A DNA stretch of 58,817 nt. Origin: an uncultured Verrucomicrobiota bacterium. Lineage in GTDB: Bacteria; Verrucomicrobiota; Kiritimatiellia; CAIKKV01; CAITUY01. The notes beneath the pieces are model-generated. The model searched no databases. It was not told where the DNA came from and saw only the letters and a program-made list of their open reading frames with translations. Position numbers and translations under genes: made by a program. Below, piece after piece: positions 41,990 through 51,155 of the stretch (within the stretch, counting starts at the first letter, position 1; every line of letters starts with the position of its first letter). The stretch covers positions 1 to 58,817 of the forward strand of contig CAYWKN010000001.1 of NCBI GenBank assembly GCA_964458765.1, given 5' to 3'.

Positions 41990-42241
41990 ATGAAATCCGC
42001 CCTTTTCGTCGTCGCGATATGCCTTCTTGTTTCTGCGGGGTGTTCTGACGCTCCCGAACCGCAATCCCAAAGGACTGAGTCCTCTCCCGTTGGTCAGCCG
42101 CCCGCCGAAAGAAGCACGTTACAGACTGTGGTTGGGGGACTTACGGGACAAACCGCGGTCGAGAGGGGCAAGGAGGCACGTACGAAAATCCAAGCTGCTG
42201 CCAGCAACAAGAACTCCTCACTCAACGAAGTACTGCGCTAG
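41990..42241 (+). CDS. Small putative lipoprotein
   Basis: The track ORF is 41936..42241. The ATG at 41990 follows an AGGAG RBS and gives MKSALFVVAICLLVSAGCSD (signal peptide plus lipobox). It is 83 aa with no recognisable family. Confidence 0.5.
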   Translation: MKSALFVVAICLLVSAGCSDAPEPQSQRTESSPVGQPPAERSTLQTVVGGLTGQTAVERGKEARTKIQAAASNKNSSLNEVLR

Positions 42242-42386
42242 GCCGATCCGTTGAGTGATACGATGCGAGAGCACGTATATTTCATCCGCGAGGCTGCGGC
42301 CGGCGGCCGAGGCGTCGGGGGCGGCGGCTGCGGATGCAACTGAGCTGTGGCGGTCTGCGCAGCTCCATTGCCAGGGTTGATCAGAC

Positions 42387-43997
42387 TTAGCGAATCAGGC
42401 GTCGAATCAATGCGGTCGCGATGTGCGCAAGCTCTTCCACGCGCAACAGGAAGCACATCCCGGCGTAGACTGCCCCACCCGCGCCGATCGAGGTCATGAC
42501 CCGGGCGGAACTCCACCCTACGGACTCGGCACAAGCCGGCATCCACGAAGCCACTTGATGCGCGGCATATCCGCAGGCCGATGACGCCAGCAGGATGGCG
42601 CCCATGTAACGAATCCACCGCTGCCAGCTCCCGAAAGTGATATCGCGGCGCAAGTAGAGAGCCAGTTGTGCGAAGTTCACCAGCGCCAGGACGCCCGTCG
42701 TTGTGGCCAGCCCCACGTGTCCCCAGTGAAAACACTTCACCAGAATCAGGTTGAGCACAAGGTTGGCCCCGATCCCGGCGAGGCTGACATGCAGGGGAGT
42801 CCGGGGTCGGTCCAGAGCATAGAAGCAGGGCGTCAGCACCTTGATCGCCGCGTATCCGGCAAGGCCTATGGTATAAGCCCGCAAGGCCGCGGCCGTCATC
42901 CGCACCGAAGCGGCGCTGAATTGCCCGTGCTGATAGATGAGAGAAATGATGTCGGGCGCCAGCGCCACCAGACCGGCCGTGGCGGGAATCGTGAGAAAGA
43001 AAGCCAGCCGCAGAGACTCCTCGACGGTTCGTCCCACGGCCGCCAGATCCGAGCGTGCCTGGTCGCGCGCCACGGAAGGCAAGGTAACCGTGGCGATGGC
43101 CACACCAAACACCCCGATCGGAAACTGCATCAACCGGAAGGCGCAATTCAGCCAGGAACGCGCCCCATCCATCTCGGAGGCAAACATGCCGTTGATCAAC
43201 ACGTTAACCTGCACCGCCGCACCGGCGATCATGCTGGGCCATGCCAGCGCCCAGACCTGCCGGAGCCGCGCATCCCCCGGCTCAAAGCGCCAGTGCCAGC
43301 GAAACCCCTGCCTCCATAACGCCGGCATCTGCACGCAGAGTTGCGATAGCCCGCCCAGCAGCACGCCCAGACTGACTCCGTACAAGGCCCGCTCTGTAAA
43401 GTGCGGATGCCTCCAGTCGGACTGTGGATCAAACACCAACGCCAGTCCGACACCTGCCGTCACAGACACCAGATTGAACACTGTGGAAGCCGAGGCCGGA
43501 AGGCCAAACACACGCCGCGCATTGAGAATGCCCATGACGACGGAAGCCAGGGAAACCATCAGGATAAACGGGAACAGGATCCGGGTCAGTCGGACCGTAA
43601 GTTCAAACTTTCCCGGAACATGGTGAAATCCGAAATTGGTGACCTGTACCAGGAGCGGGCTCAGGAGGATGCCGAGAATACAGATCCCCCCCATGAGCAC
43701 AATCATGGCGGAGAACAGGAGGTTGGCCAGTCTCCACGCCGGCGTCTCGCCTTCCTTCTCCAGGGTCTTGGTGAAGGTCGTTGTGAACGCCGTCGAAAGG
43801 GCGCCTTCCGCGAACAGGTCCCGCAGAAGGTTCGGGATTTGAAACGCCGCCAGGAAAGCATCCAGGTGCTTTCCAGCCCCGAACATGGCGGCGAAAACCT
43901 GTTCCCGCACTAACCCCAGGATCCGGGACCCCACCACTGCCAGGCTTACGATGCCAGCCGCCTTGCGCCGTCCCCGTTGTGATGTCTCCGATTCCAT
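42387..43997 (-). CDS. murJ: Lipid II flippase MurJ
   Basis: 536 aa, polytopic. The MurJ N-terminus is recognisable (SRILGLVREQVFAAMFGAG...DAFLAAFQIPNLLRDLFAEGALS). Confidence 0.93.
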   Translation of the reverse strand: MESETSQRGRRKAAGIVSLAVVGSRILGLVREQVFAAMFGAGKHLDAFLAAFQIPNLLRDLFAEGALSTAFTTTFTKTLEKEGETPAWRLANLLFSAMIVLMGGICILGILLSPLLVQVTNFGFHHVPGKFELTVRLTRILFPFILMVSLASVVMGILNARRVFGLPASASTVFNLVSVTAGVGLALVFDPQSDWRHPHFTERALYGVSLGVLLGGLSQLCVQMPALWRQGFRWHWRFEPGDARLRQVWALAWPSMIAGAAVQVNVLINGMFASEMDGARSWLNCAFRLMQFPIGVFGVAIATVTLPSVARDQARSDLAAVGRTVEESLRLAFFLTIPATAGLVALAPDIISLIYQHGQFSAASVRMTAAALRAYTIGLAGYAAIKVLTPCFYALDRPRTPLHVSLAGIGANLVLNLILVKCFHWGHVGLATTTGVLALVNFAQLALYLRRDITFGSWQRWIRYMGAILLASSACGYAAHQVASWMPACAESVGWSSARVMTSIGAGGAVYAGMCFLLRVEELAHIATALIRRLIR

Positions 43998-44050
43998 AGC
44001 GGTCTTACGCTGTCACGACTGCCAAGGGGGAATATCCCCGCCCATCTTCC

Positions 44051-44074
44051 TGGGGTCCTGCCTCCAGGACCCCA
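44051..44074. promoter_or_regulatory. Perfect 10-bp GC-rich hairpin TGGGGTCCTG-CCTC-CAGGACCCCA in the murJ/rnfA divergent region
   Basis: Read directly, 54 nt upstream of the murJ ATG. No U-run follows on either strand, so it is not a classical terminator. Confidence 0.35.
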
Positions 44075-44258
44075 TGAACAGTAGCCATTCAGCCCGAGAC
44101 GTGCCACACAAATTCCTGTCGTCCCGTCAACTCTCCGTTCAGGAATCACCCATCCCGTTCTTCCTTCCTCCCGCCATGCCATCGATCCTCCACTTCCCGG
44201 AAACGTCACGTTTTGTTTTTGACGATTCAACGTTTTGCTTTCCTCGCTATGGCCGCGC

Positions 44259-44272
44259 TGATAGATTTATCA
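44259..44272. promoter_or_regulatory. Inverted repeat TGATA-GATT-TATCA 25 nt upstream of rnfA
   Basis: Read directly. The preceding 44200-44245 holds a direct repeat ACGTTTTG x2 and CGTCA/TGACG arms. It is a candidate operator or -10 region of the rnf operon. Confidence 0.3.
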
Positions 44273-44297
44273 CGCCACTTTTTCGGGAGCAGCCACC

Positions 44298-44876
44298 ATG
44301 GAATACATACTGCTGATCATCAGCGCCGTACTGGTCAACAACTTTGTCCTTACGCAATTCCTGGGCATATGCCCGTTCCTTGGCGTGTCCAAAGACCTCG
44401 CCACGGCAGGCGGCATGGGCGCCGCCGTGATCTTTGTGATGACGCTGGCCTCGGCGGTCACCTGGAGCCTCCAGGCCTTCGTGCTGGCCCCCCTCCAAGC
44501 CGAATACCTGCAAACCATTGCCTTCATCCTGGTCATAGCCACGTTTGTCCAGTTCGTGGAACTCGTCCTCAAGAAGACTTCGCCCGGGCTGCACAAGGCG
44601 TTGGGAATCTACCTTCCGTTGATCACCACCAATTGCGCGGTTCTCGGGGTCGCGGTGTTGAACATCAAAAAGGCCCACACCTGCCTGCAGAGCATGACGT
44701 TCGGCTTTGGCGCTGCGCTGGGATTCGCCTTGGCGCTGATCCTTTTCACGGGCTTGCGGGAGAAGATTGCGCGGTCGAACCCGCCGCGGTGTTTCCGGGG
44801 AACTGCCATTGCCCTTGTGACGGCGGGACTCCTGAGTCTGGCGTTCATGGGGTTTGCGGGACTCGTAAAGATGTAA
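44298..44876 (+). CDS. rnfA: Rnf electron-transport complex subunit A
   Basis: 192 aa. [31 protein letters not shown] is the canonical RnfA/RsxA N-terminus. Confidence 0.95.
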   Translation: MEYILLIISAVLVNNFVLTQFLGICPFLGVSKDLATAGGMGAAVIFVMTLASAVTWSLQAFVLAPLQAEYLQTIAFILVIATFVQFVELVLKKTSPGLHKALGIYLPLITTNCAVLGVAVLNIKKAHTCLQSMTFGFGAALGFALALILFTGLREKIARSNPPRCFRGTAIALVTAGLLSLAFMGFAGLVKM

Positions 44877-44891
44877 AGAACAGGAACAACC

Positions 44892-45701
44892 ATGGACCTA
44901 TTGATACAAACGCTCATTATTGGCGGGACCGGATTGGCCTGCGCGGCCATTCTGGCTGTCGCGGCCCGTTTTCTGGCCGTTCACGAGGATCCGCGAGTCG
45001 AAACCGTCAGCGCCATGTTGCCGGGAATCAACTGCGGAACCTGCGGGTTTGCCGGCTGCGCCGAATACGCCAAGGATGTCGTTCTGCATGGCGCTGCCGC
45101 GGACCTGTGCAAACCCGGCGGAAGCGAGACCGCCGCGCGCATCGCGGCATTCATGGGGGTTGAGGTGTCTGAGAGTGAGCGGCAGGTGGCCATCGTGCTG
45201 TGCAAGGGCGATAACACGGCTGCCAAACGCACCGTCGGCTATAACGGACTCCTGGATTGCGGCGCCGCCCAGCAGGTGGGCGGCAACGGGAAGGCATGCC
45301 GGTACGGATGCCTTGGGTTGGCCTCATGCGCGCGGGCATGTCCGGTTGGCGCCATCGAAATCCGCGACGGGTTGGCCACGATCCACCCCGGATTGTGCAT
45401 AAGCTGCGGAAAGTGCGTGGTGACCTGCCCGCGACGCCTGATCCGCATGGTGCCTGAATCGCGCAGCCTTCATGTGCTCTGTTCCTCGCTGGACAGAGGC
45501 CCGGAGGTGAGGAAGGTCTGCTCCGTCGGTTGCATTGCCTGCACGCTGTGCGCCAAGGCCGTCAATGGCCAGGGAATTGCCATGCGAAACAATCTGGCGG
45601 TTGTTGACTACACGGTCCCTCTAACGGAGGAATCCATAATTGCCAAGTGTCCCCAGCATACGATCGAGAAACGTCCCGGCACCAAGGGAGAAGCCGCATG
45701 A
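44892..45701 (+). CDS. rnfB: Rnf complex subunit B (polyferredoxin)
   Basis: 269 aa. An N-terminal TM helix, the CGTCGFAGC cluster, and several CxxCxxCxxxCP motifs. Confidence 0.93.
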   Translation: MDLLIQTLIIGGTGLACAAILAVAARFLAVHEDPRVETVSAMLPGINCGTCGFAGCAEYAKDVVLHGAAADLCKPGGSETAARIAAFMGVEVSESERQVAIVLCKGDNTAAKRTVGYNGLLDCGAAQQVGGNGKACRYGCLGLASCARACPVGAIEIRDGLATIHPGLCISCGKCVVTCPRRLIRMVPESRSLHVLCSSLDRGPEVRKVCSVGCIACTLCAKAVNGQGIAMRNNLAVVDYTVPLTEESIIAKCPQHTIEKRPGTKGEAA

Positions 45702-47068
45702 AGACGCTGCGAGCACTCTTCAACCCGCGCGGAGGAATTCACCCCGCCTACCACAAGGAGGCAACCGACTCCACCAGGGTGGAGGTAATGCCGGTCCCCA
45801 AGACGCTGTACGTGGCCCTGAACCAGCACCTGGGCGCACCGTCCAGGCCGGTCGTAAAGAAGGGAGACACAGTGCTGCGCGGGCAGCCACTGGCGGAATC
45901 CGCGGGGTACGTGTCGTCATGGGTTCATGCCCCCACTTCCGGCATCATCAAGGCCGTGGAATCACGTCTCACCGCGGGCGGACAACTCGCAACCGTGGTG
46001 GAAATTGAGGCCAATGGGGCCGACCAGGCGATCGAATCCCCTGCCCCCGCTACTGACTGGCGAGTCATGCAAACGCGTGAACTGGTTGACCTGATACTGC
46101 AGGCCGGAGTCATAGGGATGGGAGGGGCCGGCTTCCCTACCCAGGTCAAGCTTCTCCCCCCGCCCGGAAAGACCATCGAGACCCTTGTGATCAACGGTGC
46201 TGAATGCGAGCCATACCTCACGGCCGACCACCGCCTGATGGTCGAGGAATCCGCAAGAATCAGCCAAGGCATCCAGATTGTGCAACGGATTCTCGGCGCG
46301 ACGAAGGTGCGCGTAGCCATCGAGGACAACAAGCCTGAAGCGATTGCCGCCATGGAATCGGCCTTGAAGATGGCGGAGGGGGATATTCAACTGGTGGTCG
46401 TGAAGACCAAGTATCCCCAAGGCGCCGAAAAGCAGCTGATCTATTCCTGCACCCGCCGGGAGGTGCCGAGTGGCGGACTGCCCATGGATGTGGGCGCATT
46501 GGTGGAGAACGTGGGCACCGCGGCGGCCATCAGCGACGCCGTGTTTCTCCGCCGGCCGCTCACCGAGCGGGTACTGACCGTCACCGGCGATGCCGTGGCC
46601 AACCCGAAGAATGTCCTGGCCCGCGTTGGAACCAGTTTCCGCGACTTGATTGGCTTCTGCGGCGGCCTCAGGGGGCCGGTGGGCAAAGTTATCTGCGGCG
46701 GGCCGATGATGGGGGTGGCGCAGAGCTCCCTGGATGTGGGAATGAACAAGACCACCTCCGGGCTTCTACTCCTCTCGCGTTCGCAGGTTCACCAGTACAC
46801 CTCCACACCGTGCATAGGCTGCGGTCGCTGCGTGCAGGCCTGCCCCTCCAGCCTGTTGCCGTGTTTCCTCAGCGAAAACCTGGAAGCGGAGAATTTCGAG
46901 GAAGCGGAGCGACTGAATGTGCTGGATTGCATTGAATGCGGCGCCTGCGCCTTTGAATGTCCCGCCCATCGGCCCCTCGTCCAGCATATGCGGCAGGGCA
47001 AGGCCAAGGTTATCCAACTCCGGCGGCAGCGCGAGACCAAAGCCTCCAGAAAAGAGAAGGCAACATGA
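45698..47068 (+). CDS. rnfC: Rnf complex subunit C
   Basis: The track ORF is 45647..47068. The ATG at 45698 overlaps the rnfB stop (ATGA) and gives MKTLRALFNPRGGIHP. GMGGAGFPT is present, along with two 4Fe-4S motifs (CIGCGRCVQACP, CIECGACAFECP). Confidence 0.93.
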   Translation: MKTLRALFNPRGGIHPAYHKEATDSTRVEVMPVPKTLYVALNQHLGAPSRPVVKKGDTVLRGQPLAESAGYVSSWVHAPTSGIIKAVESRLTAGGQLATVVEIEANGADQAIESPAPATDWRVMQTRELVDLILQAGVIGMGGAGFPTQVKLLPPPGKTIETLVINGAECEPYLTADHRLMVEESARISQGIQIVQRILGATKVRVAIEDNKPEAIAAMESALKMAEGDIQLVVVKTKYPQGAEKQLIYSCTRREVPSGGLPMDVGALVENVGTAAAISDAVFLRRPLTERVLTVTGDAVANPKNVLARVGTSFRDLIGFCGGLRGPVGKVICGGPMMGVAQSSLDVGMNKTTSGLLLLSRSQVHQYTSTPCIGCGRCVQACPSSLLPCFLSENLEAENFEEAERLNVLDCIECGACAFECPAHRPLVQHMRQGKAKVIQLRRQRETKASRKEKAT

Positions 47069-48075
47069 GCGATACAACCTCTGAGTGGATTGTCAGCCCC
47101 TCCCCCCATGCCCATTCGGGAGATACGGTCCCGAAGATCATGGGGACCGTGATTGTGGCATTGCTGCCCGCATTGGTGGCAGGTGTCGTTTTCTTCGGCT
47201 GGAATGCCGTGCGCCTTACGGCCATTTGCGTGGTCTCCTGCGTAGCCTCCGAATACGTGGTGCGGCGGATCATGCGCCGCGACCCCGGCATCAATGACCT
47301 GAGCGCCGTTGTCACCGGGATCCTGCTGGCGCTGAACCTGCCCCCCACCCTGCCGGGTTGGATGGCTGTGGTTGGATCATTGTGCGCCATCGTCATCGCC
47401 AAGCAACTCTACGGCGGCATAGGGTATAATCTCTTCAATCCTGCCTTGGTGGGCCGCTGTGTCTTGCTGGTGTCGTTCCCCGTGGCAATGACCACCTGGG
47501 CCGTTCCGAATTTTGCTCACATCCCCCCCGTGGACGCCACGACCATGGCCACCCCGTTGGGCGCATGGAAGACCGCCTGGTCAGCCGGTCAGGCTCCCTC
47601 CGCCTTTCAGGACACCTTCCCCCTCCGCGCCCTGCTGATAGGGAACCGCCCGGGTTGCCTGGGTGAAACCTCCACCATTGCGCTACTGCTGGGCGGCATT
47701 GTGCTGCTGTGGCGCCGCTGCATTACGTGGCACATCCCGGTGGCCTTCATCGGTTCAGTGGCGGTCTTTGCCGCCATTCTGCAACAAACGGACCCCGCCA
47801 GGAATCTTCCCGTTTCCTATCACGTCTTCAGCGGGGGTATCTTTCTTGGCGCTTTGTTCATGGCCACGGATATGGTCACCACCCCTGTCACCAGCCGCGG
47901 CATGCTTCTTTTCGGCGCGGGCTGCGGCGTGATCACAATGATCATCCGAAAGTGGGGCGGATACCCGGAGGGGGTGAGTTTCTCGATCCTGATCATGAAC
48001 GCCCTGACCCCCCTGATCAACCGTTTTACGCGTCCCCATGTGTTTGGCCACGCCGTCAAGGAGAAGACAGCATGA
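47065..48075 (+). CDS. rnfD: Rnf complex subunit D
   Basis: The track ORF is 46957..48075. The ATG at 47065 overlaps the rnfC stop. Polytopic, with SPSPH near the N-terminus and the FMN-attachment region (FMATDMVTTP). Confidence 0.93.
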   Translation: MSDTTSEWIVSPSPHAHSGDTVPKIMGTVIVALLPALVAGVVFFGWNAVRLTAICVVSCVASEYVVRRIMRRDPGINDLSAVVTGILLALNLPPTLPGWMAVVGSLCAIVIAKQLYGGIGYNLFNPALVGRCVLLVSFPVAMTTWAVPNFAHIPPVDATTMATPLGAWKTAWSAGQAPSAFQDTFPLRALLIGNRPGCLGETSTIALLLGGIVLLWRRCITWHIPVAFIGSVAVFAAILQQTDPARNLPVSYHVFSGGIFLGALFMATDMVTTPVTSRGMLLFGAGCGVITMIIRKWGGYPEGVSFSILIMNALTPLINRFTRPHVFGHAVKEKTA

Positions 48076-48650
48076 AGGAAATCCTGAAATTGCTCGCTGC
48101 CCTCACCATCATCAGTTCCGGCGCGGGCTTGCTTCTCGCGTACACCAACAAGGTTACCGCTGGGCCTATCGCCGCTGCCCGCCAGAAGGAAACCACCGAG
48201 GCATTGAAAGCCGTACTGCCCGACTTTGATAACGATCCGGCGGACTGCACCTGTTCGTTCGAGGAAGGCGGACGGACTTGGGCCTTTCACGTGGCCCGAA
48301 AAGCGGGCCGGTTCAGCGGAGCCGCGTTTCAGACCTCTTCCAGCAAGGGGTATGGCGGCGAGATATCCCTGATGGTCGGGCTGTCGGCCACCGGTACGGT
48401 CAACAGCGTGCGCGTCCTCACACAGCACGAGACACCCGGCCTCGGGACCAAAGTCGCCGAGGAACCCTTCAAGAGTCAGTTCAACGGAAAACCGATTGAG
48501 GGGACCGTCTGGGCTGTGAAGAAAGACAATGGACATTTCGATGCCGTCACAGGCGCGACGATTTCGTCCCGGGCCGTCCTGGAGGCGGTGCGCAACGGCC
48601 TGGATGTCTACCGCAGGCATGCAGCGGAAATCGCTCGCACAGGAGAATAA
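48072..48650 (+). CDS. rnfG: Rnf complex subunit G
   Basis: This is the internal frame of track ORF 47709..48650. The ATG at 48072 overlaps the rnfD stop and gives MKEILKLLAALTII. The FMN-binding motif DAVTGATISS is present. Confidence 0.92.
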   Translation: MKEILKLLAALTIISSGAGLLLAYTNKVTAGPIAAARQKETTEALKAVLPDFDNDPADCTCSFEEGGRTWAFHVARKAGRFSGAAFQTSSSKGYGGEISLMVGLSATGTVNSVRVLTQHETPGLGTKVAEEPFKSQFNGKPIEGTVWAVKKDNGHFDAVTGATISSRAVLEAVRNGLDVYRRHAAEIARTGE

Positions 48651-48652
48651 CC

Positions 48653-49357
48653 ATGGGATTTTCCAAGGAACTCAAGAAGGGACTGTGGGACGAGATCCCC
48701 GTGTTTCGCGTCGTTCTGGGCCTCTGCCCCACGATTGCCGTGACCACCTCGCTGATGAACGGGATTGGCATGGGCGTCGCGGCAACCTTTGTGCTCATTT
48801 GCTCCAATCTCATGGTGGCAGCCCTGCGCAATGTCATTCCCGACAAGGTGCGCATACCCTCGTTCATTGTTATCGCCGCCACCTTCACAACGGTCACGGA
48901 CCTTGTCATGAACGGATTTGCCCACGAGGTGCACAAGAACCTGGGCATCTTCATTCCCCTGATCGTCGTGAACTGCATCATCCTGGGACGAGCCGAGGCA
49001 TTCGCCGCCAGGCATTCCCCTTGGCTGGCGCTGGCCGATGCCATCGGGATGGGGCTTGGATTCACCATCGCCCTGGCGGTCATCGGTTCCATACGCGAGA
49101 TCCTTGGGAATGGAACGTTGACACTCTGGACACCACTGGCTTGGACGGTCAAGGGGTATGAGCCCGTGCTACTGCTGATCCTGGCGCCCGGCGGTTTCAT
49201 TACGCTGGGACTCATCCTGGGGCTCATGAACAAGATTGAGGAACGTCGTGCCGCCAAGGCGGGAAGAGCCTGCTCCCCCCCGGCGGATTTCGACTGCCGT
49301 CATTGCGTCATCTGCAAGTGGGGAGTATCCGCGCCATCGGATTCGCCACCCGCCTGA
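48653..49357 (+). CDS. rnfE: Rnf complex subunit E (with a Cys-rich C-terminal extension)
   Basis: 234 aa. The RnfE core is recognisable (VLGLCPTIAVTTS...). The last ~27 aa carry C-x7-C-x2-C-x2-C. Confidence 0.92.
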   Translation: MGFSKELKKGLWDEIPVFRVVLGLCPTIAVTTSLMNGIGMGVAATFVLICSNLMVAALRNVIPDKVRIPSFIVIAATFTTVTDLVMNGFAHEVHKNLGIFIPLIVVNCIILGRAEAFAARHSPWLALADAIGMGLGFTIALAVIGSIREILGNGTLTLWTPLAWTVKGYEPVLLLILAPGGFITLGLILGLMNKIEERRAAKAGRACSPPADFDCRHCVICKWGVSAPSDSPPA

Positions 49358-49381
49358 TACGCCGCCGGCGGCCCCTTCCAG

Positions 49382-49756
49382 ATGACCATGCCCATGATCT
49401 CCTCCAGTCGACAGGCCGTGCTGCTGCACAATGGCCGTCCCCTTTTGCCGTGCCTCCTTCTTGCGGCACGGTTTCAACATCGCCTTCTGGGTTACATGGG
49501 ACGGTCCGTCCCGCCGGCAGGCCATGGGATCTATTTGCGCCCTTGCGCCGCAATCCACACGTGTTTCATGCGCTTCCCGATAGACGCGATCTTTCTGGAT
49601 CGTCAGCTATGCGTGACGCGTATCGCACGCCGCATCCCGCCATTCCGGATTGTCATGGGCGGTCGGGCCGCCGACGGCGTAATCGAAATCCCCTCCGGCA
49701 ACAAGGAAATCAATGCCGTTGCGGCAGGCGACCGACTGGCAATCCTTCCGGGTTGA
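49382..49756 (+). CDS. DUF192 family protein
   Basis: 124 aa. The pattern ...RLLGYMGR......GIYLRPC.AIHTCFMRFPIDAIFLD....V fits DUF192 (COG1430). It starts 24 nt after rnfE. Confidence 0.7.
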   Translation: MTMPMISSSRQAVLLHNGRPLLPCLLLAARFQHRLLGYMGRSVPPAGHGIYLRPCAAIHTCFMRFPIDAIFLDRQLCVTRIARRIPPFRIVMGGRAADGVIEIPSGNKEINAVAAGDRLAILPG

Positions 49757-49826
49757 GGCCCCCACGCGGATACATTGCGCAGCCTCATCAGGCATTCCCC
49801 CACCAGAGCCATCTAACCGGGCAAGC

Positions 49827-51155
49827 CTAGTTTCCGGCCGCAGGCGCCTTGTCCACGGACTCGACATCCTTGCCCTTGATCGTGCGAAAGATTCCCGGCC
49901 TGGTCTCCACCTCGATATCGCCATCCGGGAATCGTCGTCCCGCAACTCCCGAAACCGTTTCCCCTGACTTCAGCCGTACCACCGTATCCGCGACGAAATT
50001 TCGCTTGAGAATCTCCCGGAGCCGGACGACCTCGCCTTGCACGATCGCTATTCTCTTCTCCAGGGATGTATACCCCTTCTTCCGCAACTCGACTGTATGC
50101 TCACCCACCCCAACCTCGATCCGCAACGGATCGGTGGGCTTGTCCGTTCCCGCCGGGAACGCCCCCCGCTCCACACCGTCCACCAGGACCGACAGACCGG
50201 GCTGCTCGGCGATCACCTCGAGCATTCCCACCTTTCGCACCAGCGTGAACTCCTCCACGCGTGTATCCCTCCGCTTCACCTCCACGACACGCGTCTGGCT
50301 CTCATGGCCCTCCAGTTCGACTTTCAATGTGTAGGTTCCGGGAGGGATCGCATCCAGCGTCAACGGCGATTGCCCCCGCAGCCGCTCATCCACAAAGACC
50401 TTGGCTCCGGCAGGCGTACAGACGACCGACAGCGTGGCGGGGAGCGGCTGGAGCGTGACCTGGACAGTGTGGTCTTCCCCGGCGCGGAGCTTCACCGTAT
50501 CCTGATACGCCAGATACTCTGCCAGGGTCAGGGCGACTCTATTATCCCCGCTCGGAAGGCGCTCGATGATGCACGGAGTCACGCCTTTGGAAAGTCCGTT
50601 CACCGTCACGGCTGCCCCAGGCGGCGTGGACTGCACCGTCAGATTCGCCGAATCCGAAGTTAGCGACAGGAGCACCCGGCGGGGCGCACGGTTTTCCACC
50701 AGAAGGTCCACCTCCTGGCTCAGGTAACCGACGGACGAAGCCCGTACGCGGTATCGGCCAAGGGGCAAATCCGTGATCAAGAGCGGCGTCCTGCCGCGGT
50801 TCGCCCCGTCGATCAAGATCTCGGCCTCGCTGGGCGCGGAGTGGATCAAGACCAAACCCTTCTCCGGTTCCAGCCGCAGTTCCAAAGCTGCCTTTTGCCC
50901 GGGACTGAGTGTGACCGTCCGCCGGGCGGGCAGATGGCCCGCCAGATCCGCCTGGATCAGATGCGGTCCGCCCGACAGGTTGTCCAGCACTACCGGGGTC
51001 TGGTCGCGCAGGATGCCATCGCATGTCACCGCCGCGCCTTCGGGGATCGAGGTAACGCGAAGCTGGGCCGGGGCGTCCAGCGCCAGACAGCGGAACGTCC
51101 CGGCGCCCAACGTTACGATCAGCCCCATGCTCCACGCTTTGGTCAACATTCTCAT
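49827..51155 (-). CDS. Secreted multi-PEGA-domain protein
   Basis: The track ORF is 49827..51251. The start is taken at MRMLTKAWSMGLIV..., whose ATG overlaps the upstream stop (ATGA). A signal peptide is followed by about 5-6 PEGA-like repeats (S.P.GA.V..DG...G.TP........G.H......GY). Confidence 0.75.
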   Translation of the reverse strand: MRMLTKAWSMGLIVTLGAGTFRCLALDAPAQLRVTSIPEGAAVTCDGILRDQTPVVLDNLSGGPHLIQADLAGHLPARRTVTLSPGQKAALELRLEPEKGLVLIHSAPSEAEILIDGANRGRTPLLITDLPLGRYRVRASSVGYLSQEVDLLVENRAPRRVLLSLTSDSANLTVQSTPPGAAVTVNGLSKGVTPCIIERLPSGDNRVALTLAEYLAYQDTVKLRAGEDHTVQVTLQPLPATLSVVCTPAGAKVFVDERLRGQSPLTLDAIPPGTYTLKVELEGHESQTRVVEVKRRDTRVEEFTLVRKVGMLEVIAEQPGLSVLVDGVERGAFPAGTDKPTDPLRIEVGVGEHTVELRKKGYTSLEKRIAIVQGEVVRLREILKRNFVADTVVRLKSGETVSGVAGRRFPDGDIEVETRPGIFRTIKGKDVESVDKAPAAGN

